DNA of 64,000 nt. It comes from Sphingomonadaceae bacterium (GTDB lineage: Bacteria > Pseudomonadota > Alphaproteobacteria > Sphingomonadales > Sphingomonadaceae). The notes below the pieces were generated by a model that was given only the letters and a program-made list of their open reading frames with translations, was not told the DNA's origin and did not search any database. The stretch spans positions 96,873-160,872 of the forward strand of contig JADZEQ010000005.1 of the NCBI GenBank assembly GCA_020850455.1, in the 5' to 3' direction. Of the stretch, positions 36,762 to 46,993 are shown one piece after another; positions within the stretch are counted from its first letter, which is position 1, and every line of letters starts with the position of its first letter. The position numbers and the translations under genes were made by a program.

Positions 36762-37850
36762 ATGAGCCGCTTTGACATCGGCATTATCGGCGCAGGGATT
36801 GCCGGCGCGGGGCTTGCGGCGGAAATCGCCCCCCATGCCAGCGTCGTCATGCTGGAGATGGAGGATATGCCCGGTTATCACGCGACCGGGCGTTCGGCCG
36901 CCTATTTTAGCGAAACCTATGGCGGGGCGGCGATCCAGCCGCTCAGCACCGCGTCCAAGGCGGCGTTGGATGCCGGGGGCTGGCTCGAAACTTTGGGCGC
37001 GTTGCAGGTCGGGCGGGCCGGGGATGCTGCGCTGCGCGATGCATATTGCGCGCGCTATGCCGCATCGGGTGTTGCCATGCATGCGGTGGACCCGCACAGC
37101 CTGCTCCCCGGATTGCGCGATGACTGGGTGATCGGCCTTTATGAACCGACCTCTGCCGCGATTGATGTCGGCGGCGTGCATGGCGATGCGCTGGCCCGCG
37201 CCAGGCGGGCGGGGGCGGCGCTGCATTGTCGTGCGCGGTTGACCAGCGCGGTGCGCGCCGATGGCCATTGGCAGCTTGCCACCAGCGCGGGTGATTTTGC
37301 TTGCGGCATATTGGTCAATGCGGCGGGCGCATGGGCGGATGATATAGCGGTGCTGGCAGGGGCAAAGCCGCTTGGCATTACCCCCTATCAGCGTACGGTG
37401 GTGCAATTACGCACCGACCCGGCGGCGCCAGCGGGCATCCCCCATGTGTCGGATTTTGCCGGTAGCTTTTATTTCAAGCCGGAAGCGCAGGGGAAATTAT
37501 GGCTGTCGCCGCACGATGAAACCCCGGTTGCGGCGGGGGATGTCGCGCCAGAGGAATTGGACGTGGCGATTGCCATCGACCGGTTTGAACAGGTGGTTGA
37601 TTGGCGGGTGGCCGCGCTCGAACGGCGCTGGGCGGGACTGCGCAGCTTTGCGCCAGACCGCTTGCCGGTTTATGGCTTTGCGCCAGAGGTTGCGGGCTTT
37701 TTCTGGTGCGCGGGGCAGGGCGGCTTTGGCATCCAGACCGCGCCTGCCGCATCGGCCATGGCGGCGGCGTTGCTCCTTGGCCAAAGCCCCGCCGATTTTG
37801 TCGCAGACATTGACCCCATGCTATATGCCCCGACGCGATTTCAACATTGA
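36762..37850 (+). CDS. FAD-dependent oxidoreductase (DAO / glycine-D-amino-acid oxidase family)
   Basis: FDIGIIGAGIAGAGLAAEIA...MLEMEDMPGYHATGRSAAYF. Confidence 0.75.
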   Translation: MSRFDIGIIGAGIAGAGLAAEIAPHASVVMLEMEDMPGYHATGRSAAYFSETYGGAAIQPLSTASKAALDAGGWLETLGALQVGRAGDAALRDAYCARYAASGVAMHAVDPHSLLPGLRDDWVIGLYEPTSAAIDVGGVHGDALARARRAGAALHCRARLTSAVRADGHWQLATSAGDFACGILVNAAGAWADDIAVLAGAKPLGITPYQRTVVQLRTDPAAPAGIPHVSDFAGSFYFKPEAQGKLWLSPHDETPVAAGDVAPEELDVAIAIDRFEQVVDWRVAALERRWAGLRSFAPDRLPVYGFAPEVAGFFWCAGQGGFGIQTAPAASAMAAALLLGQSPADFVADIDPMLYAPTRFQH

Positions 37851-37902
37851 CGGCGGGCGGGCACGCCCTAAAATTGACGGGTCATAGCTTGGGAGTCGTA
37901 AC

Positions 37903-38070
37903 ATGGCGCATCATTTCGTGATTGAGCAAAATAAGGCGGGCGAATATGTCGCCAAGTTCAAATATAACAGCGAAGTGATCTTCTGGACCGAAGGCTATAG
38001 TTCCAAGAAGAATGCCGAAAACGCCATCGAATCGATCAAGAAAAACGGCCCCGGCGCGCCGACAAAATAG
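37903..38070 (+). CDS. YegP/DUF1508-like small protein, 55 aa (below ORF-track cutoff)
   Basis: MAHHFVIEQNKAGEYVAKFKYNSEVIFWTEGYSSKKNAENAIESIKKNGPGAPTK. The pattern F...W..Y.SK..A...I.S.K matches the YegP repeat as I remember it. Confidence 0.6.
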   Translation: MAHHFVIEQNKAGEYVAKFKYNSEVIFWTEGYSSKKNAENAIESIKKNGPGAPTK

Positions 38071-38073
38071 GGT

Positions 38074-38529
38074 TCAGGGCGTCGATGCGGCGGTGATTGC
38101 CGCATCGCTCGCCAATTGATCGACCAGTTCATTTTCGGCATGGCCGCTGTGCCCCTTTACCCAGCGCCACTCGATCTCGTGCGGTTGGGCGGCGGCCTGC
38201 AACCTTTGCCACAGATCCGCATTTTTGACCGGCTTTTTGTCTGCCGTGCGCCAACCGTTGCGCTGCCAGCCGTGAATCCATTTGGTGATGCCGTCGCGGA
38301 CATAGACGCTGTCGGTGGTCAATATGACGTGGCAGGGGCGTTTCAGCGCCTCCAACCCCATGATTGCGGCCATTATTTCCATGCGGTTGTTGGTGGTCAG
38401 CGCCTCGCCGCCTGACAATGTGCGGCTATTTTTACCCATACGCAGCAGCACCCCCCAACCGCCCGGGCCGGGGTTGCCCTTGCACGCGCCATCGGTGAAA
38501 ATTTCAACCTGCGGCGACGCCCCGTTCAT
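38074..38529 (-). CDS. rnhA: Ribonuclease HI
   Basis: [22 protein letters not shown]...[18 protein letters not shown]...ILTTDSVYV...[18 protein letters not shown]. Start taken at ATG 38529 (ATGA overlap with the thrB stop). The ORF track extends to 38805. Confidence 0.9.
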   Translation of the reverse strand: MNGASPQVEIFTDGACKGNPGPGGWGVLLRMGKNSRTLSGGEALTTNNRMEIMAAIMGLEALKRPCHVILTTDSVYVRDGITKWIHGWQRNGWRTADKKPVKNADLWQRLQAAAQPHEIEWRWVKGHSGHAENELVDQLASDAAITAASTP

Positions 38530-39494
38530 AGGGCAAAGGCAAAGAGCGCGCCCGCCGGATCGGCACGATAGGCGTCGAGGCGGCGCAGATAGGCCAGCGG
38601 ATCTTTTTTGACCACCAGCGCATTTTCCGGCGTGTCGAGCCAGTCGTGCGCGCGGGTCAGCAGGAAACGCAGCGCCGCGCCGCGCGCCAATATCGGCATG
38701 GCGGCGATTTCGGCATCGCTGAACGCACGCACCGATTGATAACCCTTGGCAAGGCTGGCGGCGAGCGCGGGGAGCGGGGTGGAGCCGTCGGCGGAAAAAC
38801 ACCATGCCGAATGGGTGACCGCAAAATCATAAGCGGTGATGTCGCGGCAGGCGAAGTAAAAATCGATAATGCCCGACACATCGTCACCCAAAACCAGCAC
38901 ATTGTCGGGAAAAAGGTCGGCATGGATGATGCCGGTGGGTAGATGCTGCGGCCAGAGTGTGGTGAGCGCATCGCATTCCTGCGCGACGCTGGCGTGGAGG
39001 CCGGGCAAAATTGCATCAAGCCGTTCGCCCAATAGGTCGCAGAGCGTGCGCCACCCCGCCGGGCCTTGTGGGTTGGCTGGGCCGCCGACAAAATCCGCCG
39101 CGCTGTGGTGCAGATGCGCGAGCGCCGCGCCCGCCGCATAGGCTTGGCGACCATTGGGACGCGACAGGCTGATCCCCGGCAAATATTGGATAAGGCAGGC
39201 CGGACGCCCCATCAACCGCTGGACATGGCTGCCATTGGCGTCGGGCAATATGCGCGGGACGGGGTTTTCTGCATCGGCCAAATGGTTGATAAGCGACACG
39301 AAAAAGGGCAAATCGTCGGCGTCGACCCGCTTTTCATAGAGGGTCAATATGTAACGGGTGCCGCCCGCTTCGATCAGATAATTGCTATTCTCCACCCCCT
39401 CGGCAATGCCCTTGGCGCTGGTCAGCGGCCCGATGCCGTAATTTTCGAGGAAGCGGGCGATATCTTCCGCCCCGACGTGGGTGAAGACCGCCAT
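38526..39494 (-). CDS. thrB: Homoserine kinase (ThrB type II, APH-like fold)
   Basis: [56 protein letters not shown]...[13 protein letters not shown]...IIDFYFA. Confidence 0.9.
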   Translation of the reverse strand: MAVFTHVGAEDIARFLENYGIGPLTSAKGIAEGVENSNYLIEAGGTRYILTLYEKRVDADDLPFFVSLINHLADAENPVPRILPDANGSHVQRLMGRPACLIQYLPGISLSRPNGRQAYAAGAALAHLHHSAADFVGGPANPQGPAGWRTLCDLLGERLDAILPGLHASVAQECDALTTLWPQHLPTGIIHADLFPDNVLVLGDDVSGIIDFYFACRDITAYDFAVTHSAWCFSADGSTPLPALAASLAKGYQSVRAFSDAEIAAMPILARGAALRFLLTRAHDWLDTPENALVVKKDPLAYLRRLDAYRADPAGALFAFAL

Positions 39495-40468
39495 TATGCG
39501 CGCGCCACGTCGAGCCCGCGCGGCAGTTTGAAGATCATATTTTCCTCCGCCGTCACTTCTTCTTCGACGTGGAGCGTGTAATGCGCGGACAGAAGGTCGG
39601 TAACTTCGCGCACCAGCGATTCAGGTGCCGATGCCCCGGCGGTGAGGCCGAGCGTCGTCACCCCGTCGAGCCAGCCCAGCTCTATCTCCGCCGCCCGCTG
39701 GATGAGGTGCGCGCGCGTGCCCAGCCGTTCCGCCACTTCTGCCAGACGCAGGCTGTTCGAACTATTGGGTGCGCCGATGACCAGCATCAATTGCACGCGC
39801 GGGGCAATCGCCTTGACCGCCGCCTGCCGGTTGGAGGTGGCGTAGCAAATATCTTCGCCCTTTGGCCCCTCAATCGCCGGGAAACGCGCGCGCAGTGCAT
39901 CGACCACTGCGGCTGTATCCTCCACCGACAGCGTGGTCTGCGTCAAAAACGTCAGCGCATCGGGGTCGGGCGGGCTGAGCCGTGCCACATCCGCCACCGT
40001 TTCGATCAGCGTCATCGCCCCGTCGGGCAATTGGCCCAATGTGCCGATAACTTCGGGGTGGCCGGCATGGCCGATGAAGATGATGTGGCGGCCATTGCCA
40101 TGGGCGCGTTCGGCCTGTCGGTGGACTTTGCTGACCAAGGGACAGGTGGCGTCGAGGTAGAATAGGCCGCGCGCCTCTGCCTTTGCGGGCACCGCCTTGG
40201 GCACGCCGTGGGCGGAAAATACCACCGGCACACCGTCGGGGACTTCGCGCAGATGCTCGACAAAAATCGCGCCGCGCGCCTTGAGGTTGTCGACAACAAA
40301 GCGATTGTGGACGATTTCGTGGCGGACATAGACGGGCGCGCCATAATGCTCGATCGCCAGTTCGACGATGCGCACTGCCCGGTCGACGCCAGCGCAAAAA
40401 CCGCGCGGCGCAGCGACCAACAGGGTGAGCGGGGGCTTGGCATTTTCCATCATTTTGTCCATCGCCAT
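39494..40468 (-). CDS. ispH: 4-hydroxy-3-methylbut-2-enyl diphosphate reductase
   Basis: [21 protein letters not shown]...[10 protein letters not shown]...FSAHGV...[10 protein letters not shown]...GHAGHPEV...[10 protein letters not shown]. Start at ATG 40468. ORF-track residues upstream of it are Arg/Gly-rich and overlap the divergent lipoprotein gene. Confidence 0.92.
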   Translation of the reverse strand: MAMDKMMENAKPPLTLLVAAPRGFCAGVDRAVRIVELAIEHYGAPVYVRHEIVHNRFVVDNLKARGAIFVEHLREVPDGVPVVFSAHGVPKAVPAKAEARGLFYLDATCPLVSKVHRQAERAHGNGRHIIFIGHAGHPEVIGTLGQLPDGAMTLIETVADVARLSPPDPDALTFLTQTTLSVEDTAAVVDALRARFPAIEGPKGEDICYATSNRQAAVKAIAPRVQLMLVIGAPNSSNSLRLAEVAERLGTRAHLIQRAAEIELGWLDGVTTLGLTAGASAPESLVREVTDLLSAHYTLHVEEEVTAEENMIFKLPRGLDVARA

Positions 40469-40576
40469 GCCCCTATGCCCATGCCCCCCCGCGCGCAAGC
40501 AGCTTTGCTTGCAATTTATGGCGCTTGCGGGCAGGGAAGCCATGCCCCGCATCGGGGCCGGATTCAGGATTTTTGC

Positions 40577-41242
40577 ATGACACGCCCCCGCACGTCGATG
40601 ATTGCCCCCGCCACGCTTTCGCTTGCTGCCGCGCTGTTGCTCAGCGGTTGTGCAGGCGACAATGAAATTGATGTGTCTAACGGAGTGGGCATCACCGCCA
40701 GCCGCAGCCTGTGCCCCGCTGTCGGCATCCCCACTTACACCGGCGATGTGACGATTTTCGATCCGGCGACGAGCCGCGATGCCGCTGCCATCGACGTTGT
40801 CGCCAACATCACCAATGTGCGCACCCAGTGCAATGATCAGCAGGAACGCGTCTATGTCGGCGCAACCTTTGATGTGGAGGCTTCGCGGCGCGACGCCAGC
40901 CAAGCGCGCACCGTCGAAATCCCCTATTTCTCCACGATTTTGCAGGGTGGCAGCGCGGTTGTTGCCAAGGATGTGAACGTCGTTCGCATCAATTTTGCCG
41001 CTGGCCAGACGCGCGCCAGCACCACCGGCACCGCCGGTGCCTATGTCGATCGCAGCGCGCTCGAACTGCCCCAGGACATTCGGGAACGTATTACCCGACG
41101 CCGCCGTGCGGGCGATGCCGATGCCGCGGTTGACCCGATGGCGGAAACCGACGTGCGCGCGGCGGTGACCCGCGCGACATATGAATTGCTGATCGGATTT
41201 CAGCTCACCCAGGAACAATTGCAATATAATGTGACGCGCTAA
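40577..41242 (+). CDS. Hypothetical lipoprotein, 221 aa
   Basis: [27 protein letters not shown] (lipobox LLSGC). In frame with ORF-track entry 40208..41242, whose first 123 codons are antisense to ispH. Confidence 0.6.
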   Translation: MTRPRTSMIAPATLSLAAALLLSGCAGDNEIDVSNGVGITASRSLCPAVGIPTYTGDVTIFDPATSRDAAAIDVVANITNVRTQCNDQQERVYVGATFDVEASRRDASQARTVEIPYFSTILQGGSAVVAKDVNVVRINFAAGQTRASTTGTAGAYVDRSALELPQDIRERITRRRRAGDADAAVDPMAETDVRAAVTRATYELLIGFQLTQEQLQYNVTR

Positions 41243-41282
41243 AGCCGCGCACCCGCGCCACGCGGCGCGGCAGGGAAAGCCC

Positions 41283-43025
41283 ATGACGATTTACGCCGAA
41301 ATGGCCGCGCATCTGAACGCGGCGCTTGACGCATTGGAAAGCGACGGGGTTCTGCCCGCCGGTTTGGACCGTGCGCCGATCACGCTCGAACCGCCGCGCG
41401 ATGCCAGCCATGGCGATATGGCAACCAACGCCGCGATGGTGTTGACCAAGGGGGCGGGCAAGCCCCCGCGCGTTTTGGCAGAGGCGCTGGCCGCCATATT
41501 ATCGGCATGTGATGCGGTCGCCCGGGTGGATATTGCCGGGCCGGGCTTTATCAACCTCAGCCTCACCGAAGATGCGTGGCGCGGCGAACTGCGCCAAATC
41601 CATGCGCTGGGCGATGATTATGGCCGCAGCAATTTGGGCGGCGGGATGATGGTCAACGTCGAATATGTGTCGGCCAACCCAACCGGGCCGATGCACATGG
41701 GCCATTGTCGCGGTGCGGTGGTCGGCGACGCGCTGGCCCAGATGCTCGAATATAGTGGGCACCGCGTGGTGCGCGAATATTATGTCAATGATGCGGGTGG
41801 GCAGGTCGATGTCCTCGCCCGGTCAGTCTATCTGCGCTATCGCGAAGCCTTGGGCGCGGATGTGGGTGAGATACCCGAAGGCCTCTACCCCGGCGATTAT
41901 CTGGTGCCGGTGGGGCAGGCGCTGGCAGAGGAATTTGGGGATCGTTTCGTTGGTGCGGGGGAGGATGCGTGGCTGGCGCTGTTCCGCACCCGTGCGGTGG
42001 CGGCCATGCTCGACCTGATCCGCTGCGACCTCGCCCTATTGGGTATCCACCATGACCTATTCTCCTCCGAAGCGGCGTTGCAGGCAGAGGGGCTGCCCGC
42101 CGCCGCCGAAAGCTGGCTGCGCGCGCATGACCTTGTCTATGACGGCATGCTCGATGCACCCAAGGGGGAGGTGAGCGAGGATTGGGAGCCGGTCGAACTG
42201 CCGCTGTTCCGTTCCAGCCAATTTGGCGATGATCAGGACAGGCCGATCAAGAAAAGCGACGGCAGCTGGACATATTTCGGCGCCGACCTTGCCTATCACC
42301 ATGAAAAGGCCAAGCGCGCCGATGCGCTGATCGACATTTGGGGTGCCGACCATGCGGGAACGGTGAAACGCATCAAGGCCGCCGTCGCGGCGCTGACCGG
42401 CGGTAAAACCCGTTTTGACGTGAAATTGGTGCAGATGGTGCGGCTGTTGCGCGACGGTGAACCGGTTAAAATGTCCAAACGATCGGGCAATTTTGTGACC
42501 TTGGCTGATGTCGTGCGCGAAGTGGGCAAGGATGTCGTGCGTTTCACCATGCTGACGCGCAAGGCCGACGCGCAGATGGATTTTGACTTTGCCCGGGTGG
42601 TCGAAGCGACCAAGGATAATCCGGTTTTCTATGTCAATTACGCCCATGCCCGTGCCGCATCGATGGCGCGCCGCGCAGCAGAAGCGGGGGTGGATTATGC
42701 CGCCGCCGACCATGGTGCAATTGACCTGTCCCATTTGGATACAGTCGATTTGGGGCTGGCGCGGATCGCCGCCACTTTTCCGCGCATGGTTGAATCGGCG
42801 GCTGCGGCGCGTGAACCGCACCGTATTGCCTTTTATTTGAATGACTTGGCAGCGGCATTCCACGGCTGGTATAATTTGGGCAATGACGACCCAAGTCGCC
42901 GGGTGGTGCAGGCAGAAAATGCCGAACAGACGATGGCAAAGCTTTTCTTAACCAGCGCAATCGGGCAGATATTGCGCAATGGCTTGCACCTGATGGGTGT
43001 CGAGCCGGTCGAAGAGATGCGCTGA
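41283..43025 (+). CDS. argS: Arginine--tRNA ligase
   Basis: 580 aa. HIGH-type [19 protein letters not shown] (KMSKS), anticodon-binding C-terminus. Confidence 0.95.
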   Translation: MTIYAEMAAHLNAALDALESDGVLPAGLDRAPITLEPPRDASHGDMATNAAMVLTKGAGKPPRVLAEALAAILSACDAVARVDIAGPGFINLSLTEDAWRGELRQIHALGDDYGRSNLGGGMMVNVEYVSANPTGPMHMGHCRGAVVGDALAQMLEYSGHRVVREYYVNDAGGQVDVLARSVYLRYREALGADVGEIPEGLYPGDYLVPVGQALAEEFGDRFVGAGEDAWLALFRTRAVAAMLDLIRCDLALLGIHHDLFSSEAALQAEGLPAAAESWLRAHDLVYDGMLDAPKGEVSEDWEPVELPLFRSSQFGDDQDRPIKKSDGSWTYFGADLAYHHEKAKRADALIDIWGADHAGTVKRIKAAVAALTGGKTRFDVKLVQMVRLLRDGEPVKMSKRSGNFVTLADVVREVGKDVVRFTMLTRKADAQMDFDFARVVEATKDNPVFYVNYAHARAASMARRAAEAGVDYAAADHGAIDLSHLDTVDLGLARIAATFPRMVESAAAAREPHRIAFYLNDLAAAFHGWYNLGNDDPSRRVVQAENAEQTMAKLFLTSAIGQILRNGLHLMGVEPVEEMR

Positions 43026-43060
43026 CCGCCACGGCGTGTTGGTCAAAATGGGGGTGCGCC

Positions 43061-43864
43061 ATGAACGATAATAGCAACGAAACATCGGCCCTTGGCTTTG
43101 AGGAGGAAGAACGCCTCCCCTGGTTGGAGCCGATCGAAGATGCGGAGGACAGTGGCGTGTCCATGGGTCGGCTGATCGGTCTGGTGCTCGCCGGTTTGGT
43201 GGCCATTGGTCTTGTCGTTGGCGGGCTATGGTGGTGGCAAAATGTCGGCGGCCGCCCGCGCGCGGAACTTATCCCCGCGCCTGAGGGGGATTATCGTGTG
43301 CCGCCACGTGCGGAGGCTGGCCGCTTTGATGGCGATGGCGATGCCGCCGTCGCCGCGACGGAGGGGGTGCGCAGCGCCGGTCAGATTGACACCAGTGCCG
43401 CGCCGCAGGCACCCGTCGCGCCGCAGGCATCCACCGCGCCGCAGGCATCCGCCGCGCCAGCGGGCAACCGTCCTGCCGCCGCAACGCCACCAACCGGTGT
43501 CAATGCCCCGGCGCGACGCGCGGCAACCCCACCCGCCGCAGCCAATCGCAGCGTCGAGGGGCGGCCCGCCGCCGCGCCCGCGCGCCCCGGCACGCCAGCC
43601 GCCACCACTGGGGCGCCTGCCGCAGGTGGCAGCGGCATGGTGCAATTGGGCAGCTTTGCCAGCGAAAGCGCCGCCAATGCAGCATGGGCCAGTTTGAAGC
43701 GCCGCCTTGCATGGCTCGCCCCCTATAACAGCAATGTCGCACGCGCGGAGGTGGGCGGGCGTACCGTGTACCGCCTGCAAGCGGCCGCAGGGTCGAACAG
43801 CGCGGCGCGCAGCCTGTGCGCACGGTTGAGCGCGGCGGGCGAAGATTGCCTGGTCGCACGATAG
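43061..43864 (+). CDS. SPOR-domain protein with repetitive Pro/Ala linker
   Basis: TM helix LIGLVLAGLVAIGLVVGGLWWW. Linker APQAPVAPQASTAPQASAAP. C-terminal SPOR: GMVQLGSFASESAANAAWASLKRRL...VYRLQAAAGSNSAARSLCARL. Confidence 0.75.
   Translation: MNDNSNETSALGFEEEERLPWLEPIEDAEDSGVSMGRLIGLVLAGLVAIGLVVGGLWWWQNVGGRPRAELIPAPEGDYRVPPRAEAGRFDGDGDAAVAATEGVRSAGQIDTSAAPQAPVAPQASTAPQASAAPAGNRPAAATPPTGVNAPARRAATPPAAANRSVEGRPAAAPARPGTPAATTGAPAAGGSGMVQLGSFASESAANAAWASLKRRLAWLAPYNSNVARAEVGGRTVYRLQAAAGSNSAARSLCARLSAAGEDCLVAR
43400..43453 (+). repeat. Three tandem copies of an 18-bp unit (GCGCCGCAGGCAnCCnnC) inside the SPOR gene
   Basis: Unit starts at 43400, 43418 and 43436, with a partial fourth at 43454. 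Encodes (APQAxx)3. Confidence 0.8.
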
Positions 43865-44895
43865 GGGCGGGCAAAGGCGCGCCCGTCACCCCGGTTATTT
43901 TTGGGCTTGCCGGGCCTGAATTGCGCGGGGACGAACGCGCGCTGTTCGCCGCTGTTCGCCCCGCTGGCTATATTTTATTTGGCCGTAATATCATCGATGC
44001 GGCGCAGGTCGGCGCGCTGACCGCCGAATTACAGACGCTCGGCGCACACCGCCCAATCATCCTGATCGATCAGGAAGGGGGGGCGGTCGCGCGGCTGAAA
44101 CCGCCTGCATTTCCGGCCTTTCCCCCGGCGAGCGACTTTGCCGCCCTTTACACCCGGGCACCGCTAAGCGCGATTGCCGCCGCGCGCGCCAATGGGCAGT
44201 TGCTGGGGGCAACATTGTCAGCGCTGGGGCTGAACGCCAATGCCGCGCCGGTGCTCGACCTTTGTTACCCCGCAACGCATGCCGTGCTCGCCAGCCGATG
44301 TCTGGGCGATGCGCCGACGGCGGTCGCCGCGCTCGGCCGGGCGCTGATGCAGGGGATGGCCGAATATGGCGTTGCCGCAATTCTGAAACATCTGCCGGGG
44401 CAGGGGCGCGCGGTGCACGACAGCCATGTGGCGCTGCCGATTGTCGATGTGGATGCCGGCGCATTGGCGCGCGATATTGCGCCCTTTGCCGCGCTGGCGG
44501 GCGGCGCACCGGCGGCGATGGTCGCGCATATCGTCTATCCGGCGTGGGACGGCGCGCAGCCTGCCTCTGCCTCCGCCGCTGTGATTTCGCAGGTGATTCG
44601 CGGCGAAATCGGCTTTGATGGCCTGCTGATGAGTGATGCGATTGAAATGGCGGGGCTGGCAGGGTTGGGGGATATGGCGGCGCGTGCGCGCGCGGTCATC
44701 ACCGCCGGGTGCGATGTCGCGCTCCACTGCACCGGCGACATTGCGCAAATGCGCGATATCTGCGACGCCATACCAATGGGGACGGATTCGACGCTGATCG
44801 CGCGCCTGAACAGGGTGACGGCTGGCCATGCCGCTTGTGATGGCGACATGGTGGCGCTGGCCGCGCGCCGCGATGCGCTGTTGGGCATTGGCTGA
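43816..44895 (+). CDS. nagZ: Beta-N-acetylhexosaminidase (GH3, NagZ)
   Basis: PVIFGLAGPELRGDERALF...GYILFGRNI...ILIDQEGGAVARL...KHLPGQGRAVHDSH...SDAIEM. Start uncertain (ATG 43816 or TTG 43843; both overlap the SPOR gene end). Confidence 0.8.
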   Translation: MRTVERGGRRLPGRTIGAGKGAPVTPVIFGLAGPELRGDERALFAAVRPAGYILFGRNIIDAAQVGALTAELQTLGAHRPIILIDQEGGAVARLKPPAFPAFPPASDFAALYTRAPLSAIAAARANGQLLGATLSALGLNANAAPVLDLCYPATHAVLASRCLGDAPTAVAALGRALMQGMAEYGVAAILKHLPGQGRAVHDSHVALPIVDVDAGALARDIAPFAALAGGAPAAMVAHIVYPAWDGAQPASASAAVISQVIRGEIGFDGLLMSDAIEMAGLAGLGDMAARARAVITAGCDVALHCTGDIAQMRDICDAIPMGTDSTLIARLNRVTAGHAACDGDMVALAARRDALLGIG

Positions 44896-45665
44896 TGGAC
44901 GGTGCGGCGGTCTTTGACGATTGGCAAATGGGCAGCAATGTTGCCGCCGAACGTCTGCAAATCGACATTGCCGGGTGGGAAGGGCCGCTCGACCTGCTGC
45001 TCACCCTAGCGCGGAACCAGCGCGTTGATTTAAAAGCCATTTCAATATTGGAACTGGTTGAACAATATCTGGCCTTCGTGGAACAGGCGCGCGGCGCGAA
45101 CATCGAACTCGCCGCCGATTATCTGGTGATGGCGGCGTGGCTGGCACTGCTCAAATCGGCGATGCTGCTGCCAAAGGAGATAGAGCAAGACCCCAGTCCG
45201 GAGGAAATGGCGCTGCGGCTGCAATTGCGGCTGCAACGGCTCGCCGCGATGCGCGATGCTGGCGCACGGTTGCTGGGGCGCGACCGGCTGGGCCGCGATG
45301 TGTTCGCGCGTCCGTCGCCGGAGGGGGTGCGCACCATTCGCCGCCGCCTGTGGGATGCCGACCTTTATGAACTGATCGCGGCCTATGGGCAGGTGCGCGC
45401 GCGCACTGCCCCCGCGCTGCATGTCGTTGCCGCACGGCGGGTGATGAGCCTTGATACCGCGCTCCAGCGCCTGTCGACGATGCTGGGGCTGGCGATCGAC
45501 TGGCGCGACCTTATTTCCTTTCTGCCGCCCGAGGTTTCGGGGGATTTGCGGCGCTCCGCGCTCGCCTCCTCCTTTGTGGCGGCGCTCGAACTGGCGCGTA
45601 CCGGCCAGTGCGAATTGCAGCAGGAAGCTGCCTTTGCCCCACTTTATCTGAAGGCCAAAGCATGA
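44895..45665 (+). CDS. scpA: Segregation and condensation protein A
   Basis: LQIDIAGWEGPLDLLLTLARNQRVDLKAISILELVEQYLAFV. Confidence 0.85.
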   Translation: MDGAAVFDDWQMGSNVAAERLQIDIAGWEGPLDLLLTLARNQRVDLKAISILELVEQYLAFVEQARGANIELAADYLVMAAWLALLKSAMLLPKEIEQDPSPEEMALRLQLRLQRLAAMRDAGARLLGRDRLGRDVFARPSPEGVRTIRRRLWDADLYELIAAYGQVRARTAPALHVVAARRVMSLDTALQRLSTMLGLAIDWRDLISFLPPEVSGDLRRSALASSFVAALELARTGQCELQQEAAFAPLYLKAKA

Positions 45666-46261
45666 CGGGCGACCCCATCCCCGACTATGAACGCGCGGTG
45701 GAGGCGGCGGTATTTGCGAGCGCCGCGCCGCTGACGCCCGCCGAAATTGCGCAATTCGTCGGTGACGGCGATGTTGCGGGCGCGCTCCGCGCCATAGCGG
45801 CGCGCCATGCACCCGGTGGCATCCACCTCGTCGAGCGGGGCGGCCGCTGGCATTTCCAGACGGCGAGCGACCTTGCCCATTTATTGCGGCGGGAGCGGGA
45901 GGAGCCGCGCAAATTGTCGCGCGCGGCGATCGAAACGCTGGCCATCATCGCCTATCACGAACCCGTCAGCCGCGCGGAAATAGAGGCGATTCGCGGGGTG
46001 CAAACCGCCAAGGGCACGCTCGATGTGTTGATGGAGGCGGGTTGGGTGCGCCCCGCCGGACGGCGTGAGGTGCCGGGGCGGCCCTTATTGTACAAGAGCA
46101 CGGCGGATTTTCTGACCCATTTCGGGCTGGAAAGCCGCAAGGATTTGCCCGGGATTGACGATCTGCGCGCTGCCGGATTGCTCGACCCGGTCGATGTCGC
46201 GATGGATGGTTTCCGCTTTGATGATGGCGTTGATGGCGGCGATGACGCAGCAGGTGGATGA
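45662..46261 (+). CDS. scpB: Segregation and condensation protein B
   Basis: ERAVEAAVFASAAPLTPAEIA...LSRAAIETLAIIAYHEPVSRAEIEAIRGV...GRPLLYKSTADFLTHFGL. ATG 45662 makes an ATGA overlap with the scpA stop. Confidence 0.85.
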   Translation: MTGDPIPDYERAVEAAVFASAAPLTPAEIAQFVGDGDVAGALRAIAARHAPGGIHLVERGGRWHFQTASDLAHLLRREREEPRKLSRAAIETLAIIAYHEPVSRAEIEAIRGVQTAKGTLDVLMEAGWVRPAGRREVPGRPLLYKSTADFLTHFGLESRKDLPGIDDLRAAGLLDPVDVAMDGFRFDDGVDGGDDAAGG

Positions 46262-46333
46262 AATCTGTTTGACCGCTGGAATTATGGCCCCATCGCGCCT
46301 ACATGGGCGGCAGATGGATGGAGGTTTTGAACC

Positions 46334-46567
46334 ATGATGGGATTGAGCGTCTGGCACATTTTGCTGCTCGGTGTGGTGGTGTTGCTGTTGTTCGGTGGCG
46401 GTCGCTTTTCAAATATGATGGGCGATGTCGCCAAGGGCATTAAGGAATTTAAAAAGGGCATGTCCGACGAAGATGCCCCGGCTAGTCCGCCGCCGACCCG
46501 TATCGAAGGCCGCGCGGCGAGCGATGCGCCGATTGCCAGCGAGAGCCGCGAAAGCGAACCGCGATAA
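46334..46567 (+). CDS. tatA: Twin-arginine translocase subunit TatA
   Basis: [47 protein letters not shown] upstream. Confidence 0.9.
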   Translation: MMGLSVWHILLLGVVVLLLFGGGRFSNMMGDVAKGIKEFKKGMSDEDAPASPPPTRIEGRAASDAPIASESRESEPR

Positions 46568-46594
46568 CCAACGCAGCCGACGCGGGAATGCGCC

Positions 46595-46993
46595 ATGTTT
46601 GATGTTGCGCCGACGGAATTATTGCTGTTGGCGATGGTCGCTTTGGTGGTCATCGGCCCCAAGGATTTGCCCAAGGCGCTGCGCTTTGTCGGCAAATGGG
46701 TGGGGCGTGCGCGCGGCATGGCGCGCCATTTCCGCACGGGCATCGATGCGATGATGCGCGAGGCGGAACTGGAGGATATGGAAAAAAAATGGCGCGCGCA
46801 TAATGCGGAAATTATGCGCAGCTTTCCCGATTTGAACGCGCCCGTCCTGCCGCCCAATGCGCTGGGGCCGGGGGGCGATCGTGCCGCAATGCTGCCGCTC
46901 GACGGGGCCGCCGGGCCAGTTGCTGGGCCGCTCGCGGCGGGCGAAAGCGCCGGGCCGCCCGAACCGGCACCCATCGGGCCGGAAAAACCATGA
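46595..46993 (+). CDS. tatB: Twin-arginine translocase subunit TatB
   Basis: MFDVAPTELLLLAMVALVVIGPKDLPKALRFVGKWVGRARGMARHFR. Confidence 0.8.
   Translation: MFDVAPTELLLLAMVALVVIGPKDLPKALRFVGKWVGRARGMARHFRTGIDAMMREAELEDMEKKWRAHNAEIMRSFPDLNAPVLPPNALGPGGDRAAMLPLDGAAGPVAGPLAAGESAGPPEPAPIGPEKP

Noticed and set aside
40469-41284. N-terminal 272-codon extension of the ispH ORF (track entry 39494..41284)
   Set aside because: Homology-like sequence begins at [28 protein letters not shown] (ATG 40468). The extension is Arg/Gly-rich and lies antisense to a lipoprotein gene with a good lipobox. Similar upstream extensions were trimmed for rnhA (38530-38805), the TonB-dependent receptor (49893-50183), cysK (49462-50049), murD, scpB, maiA and hppD.
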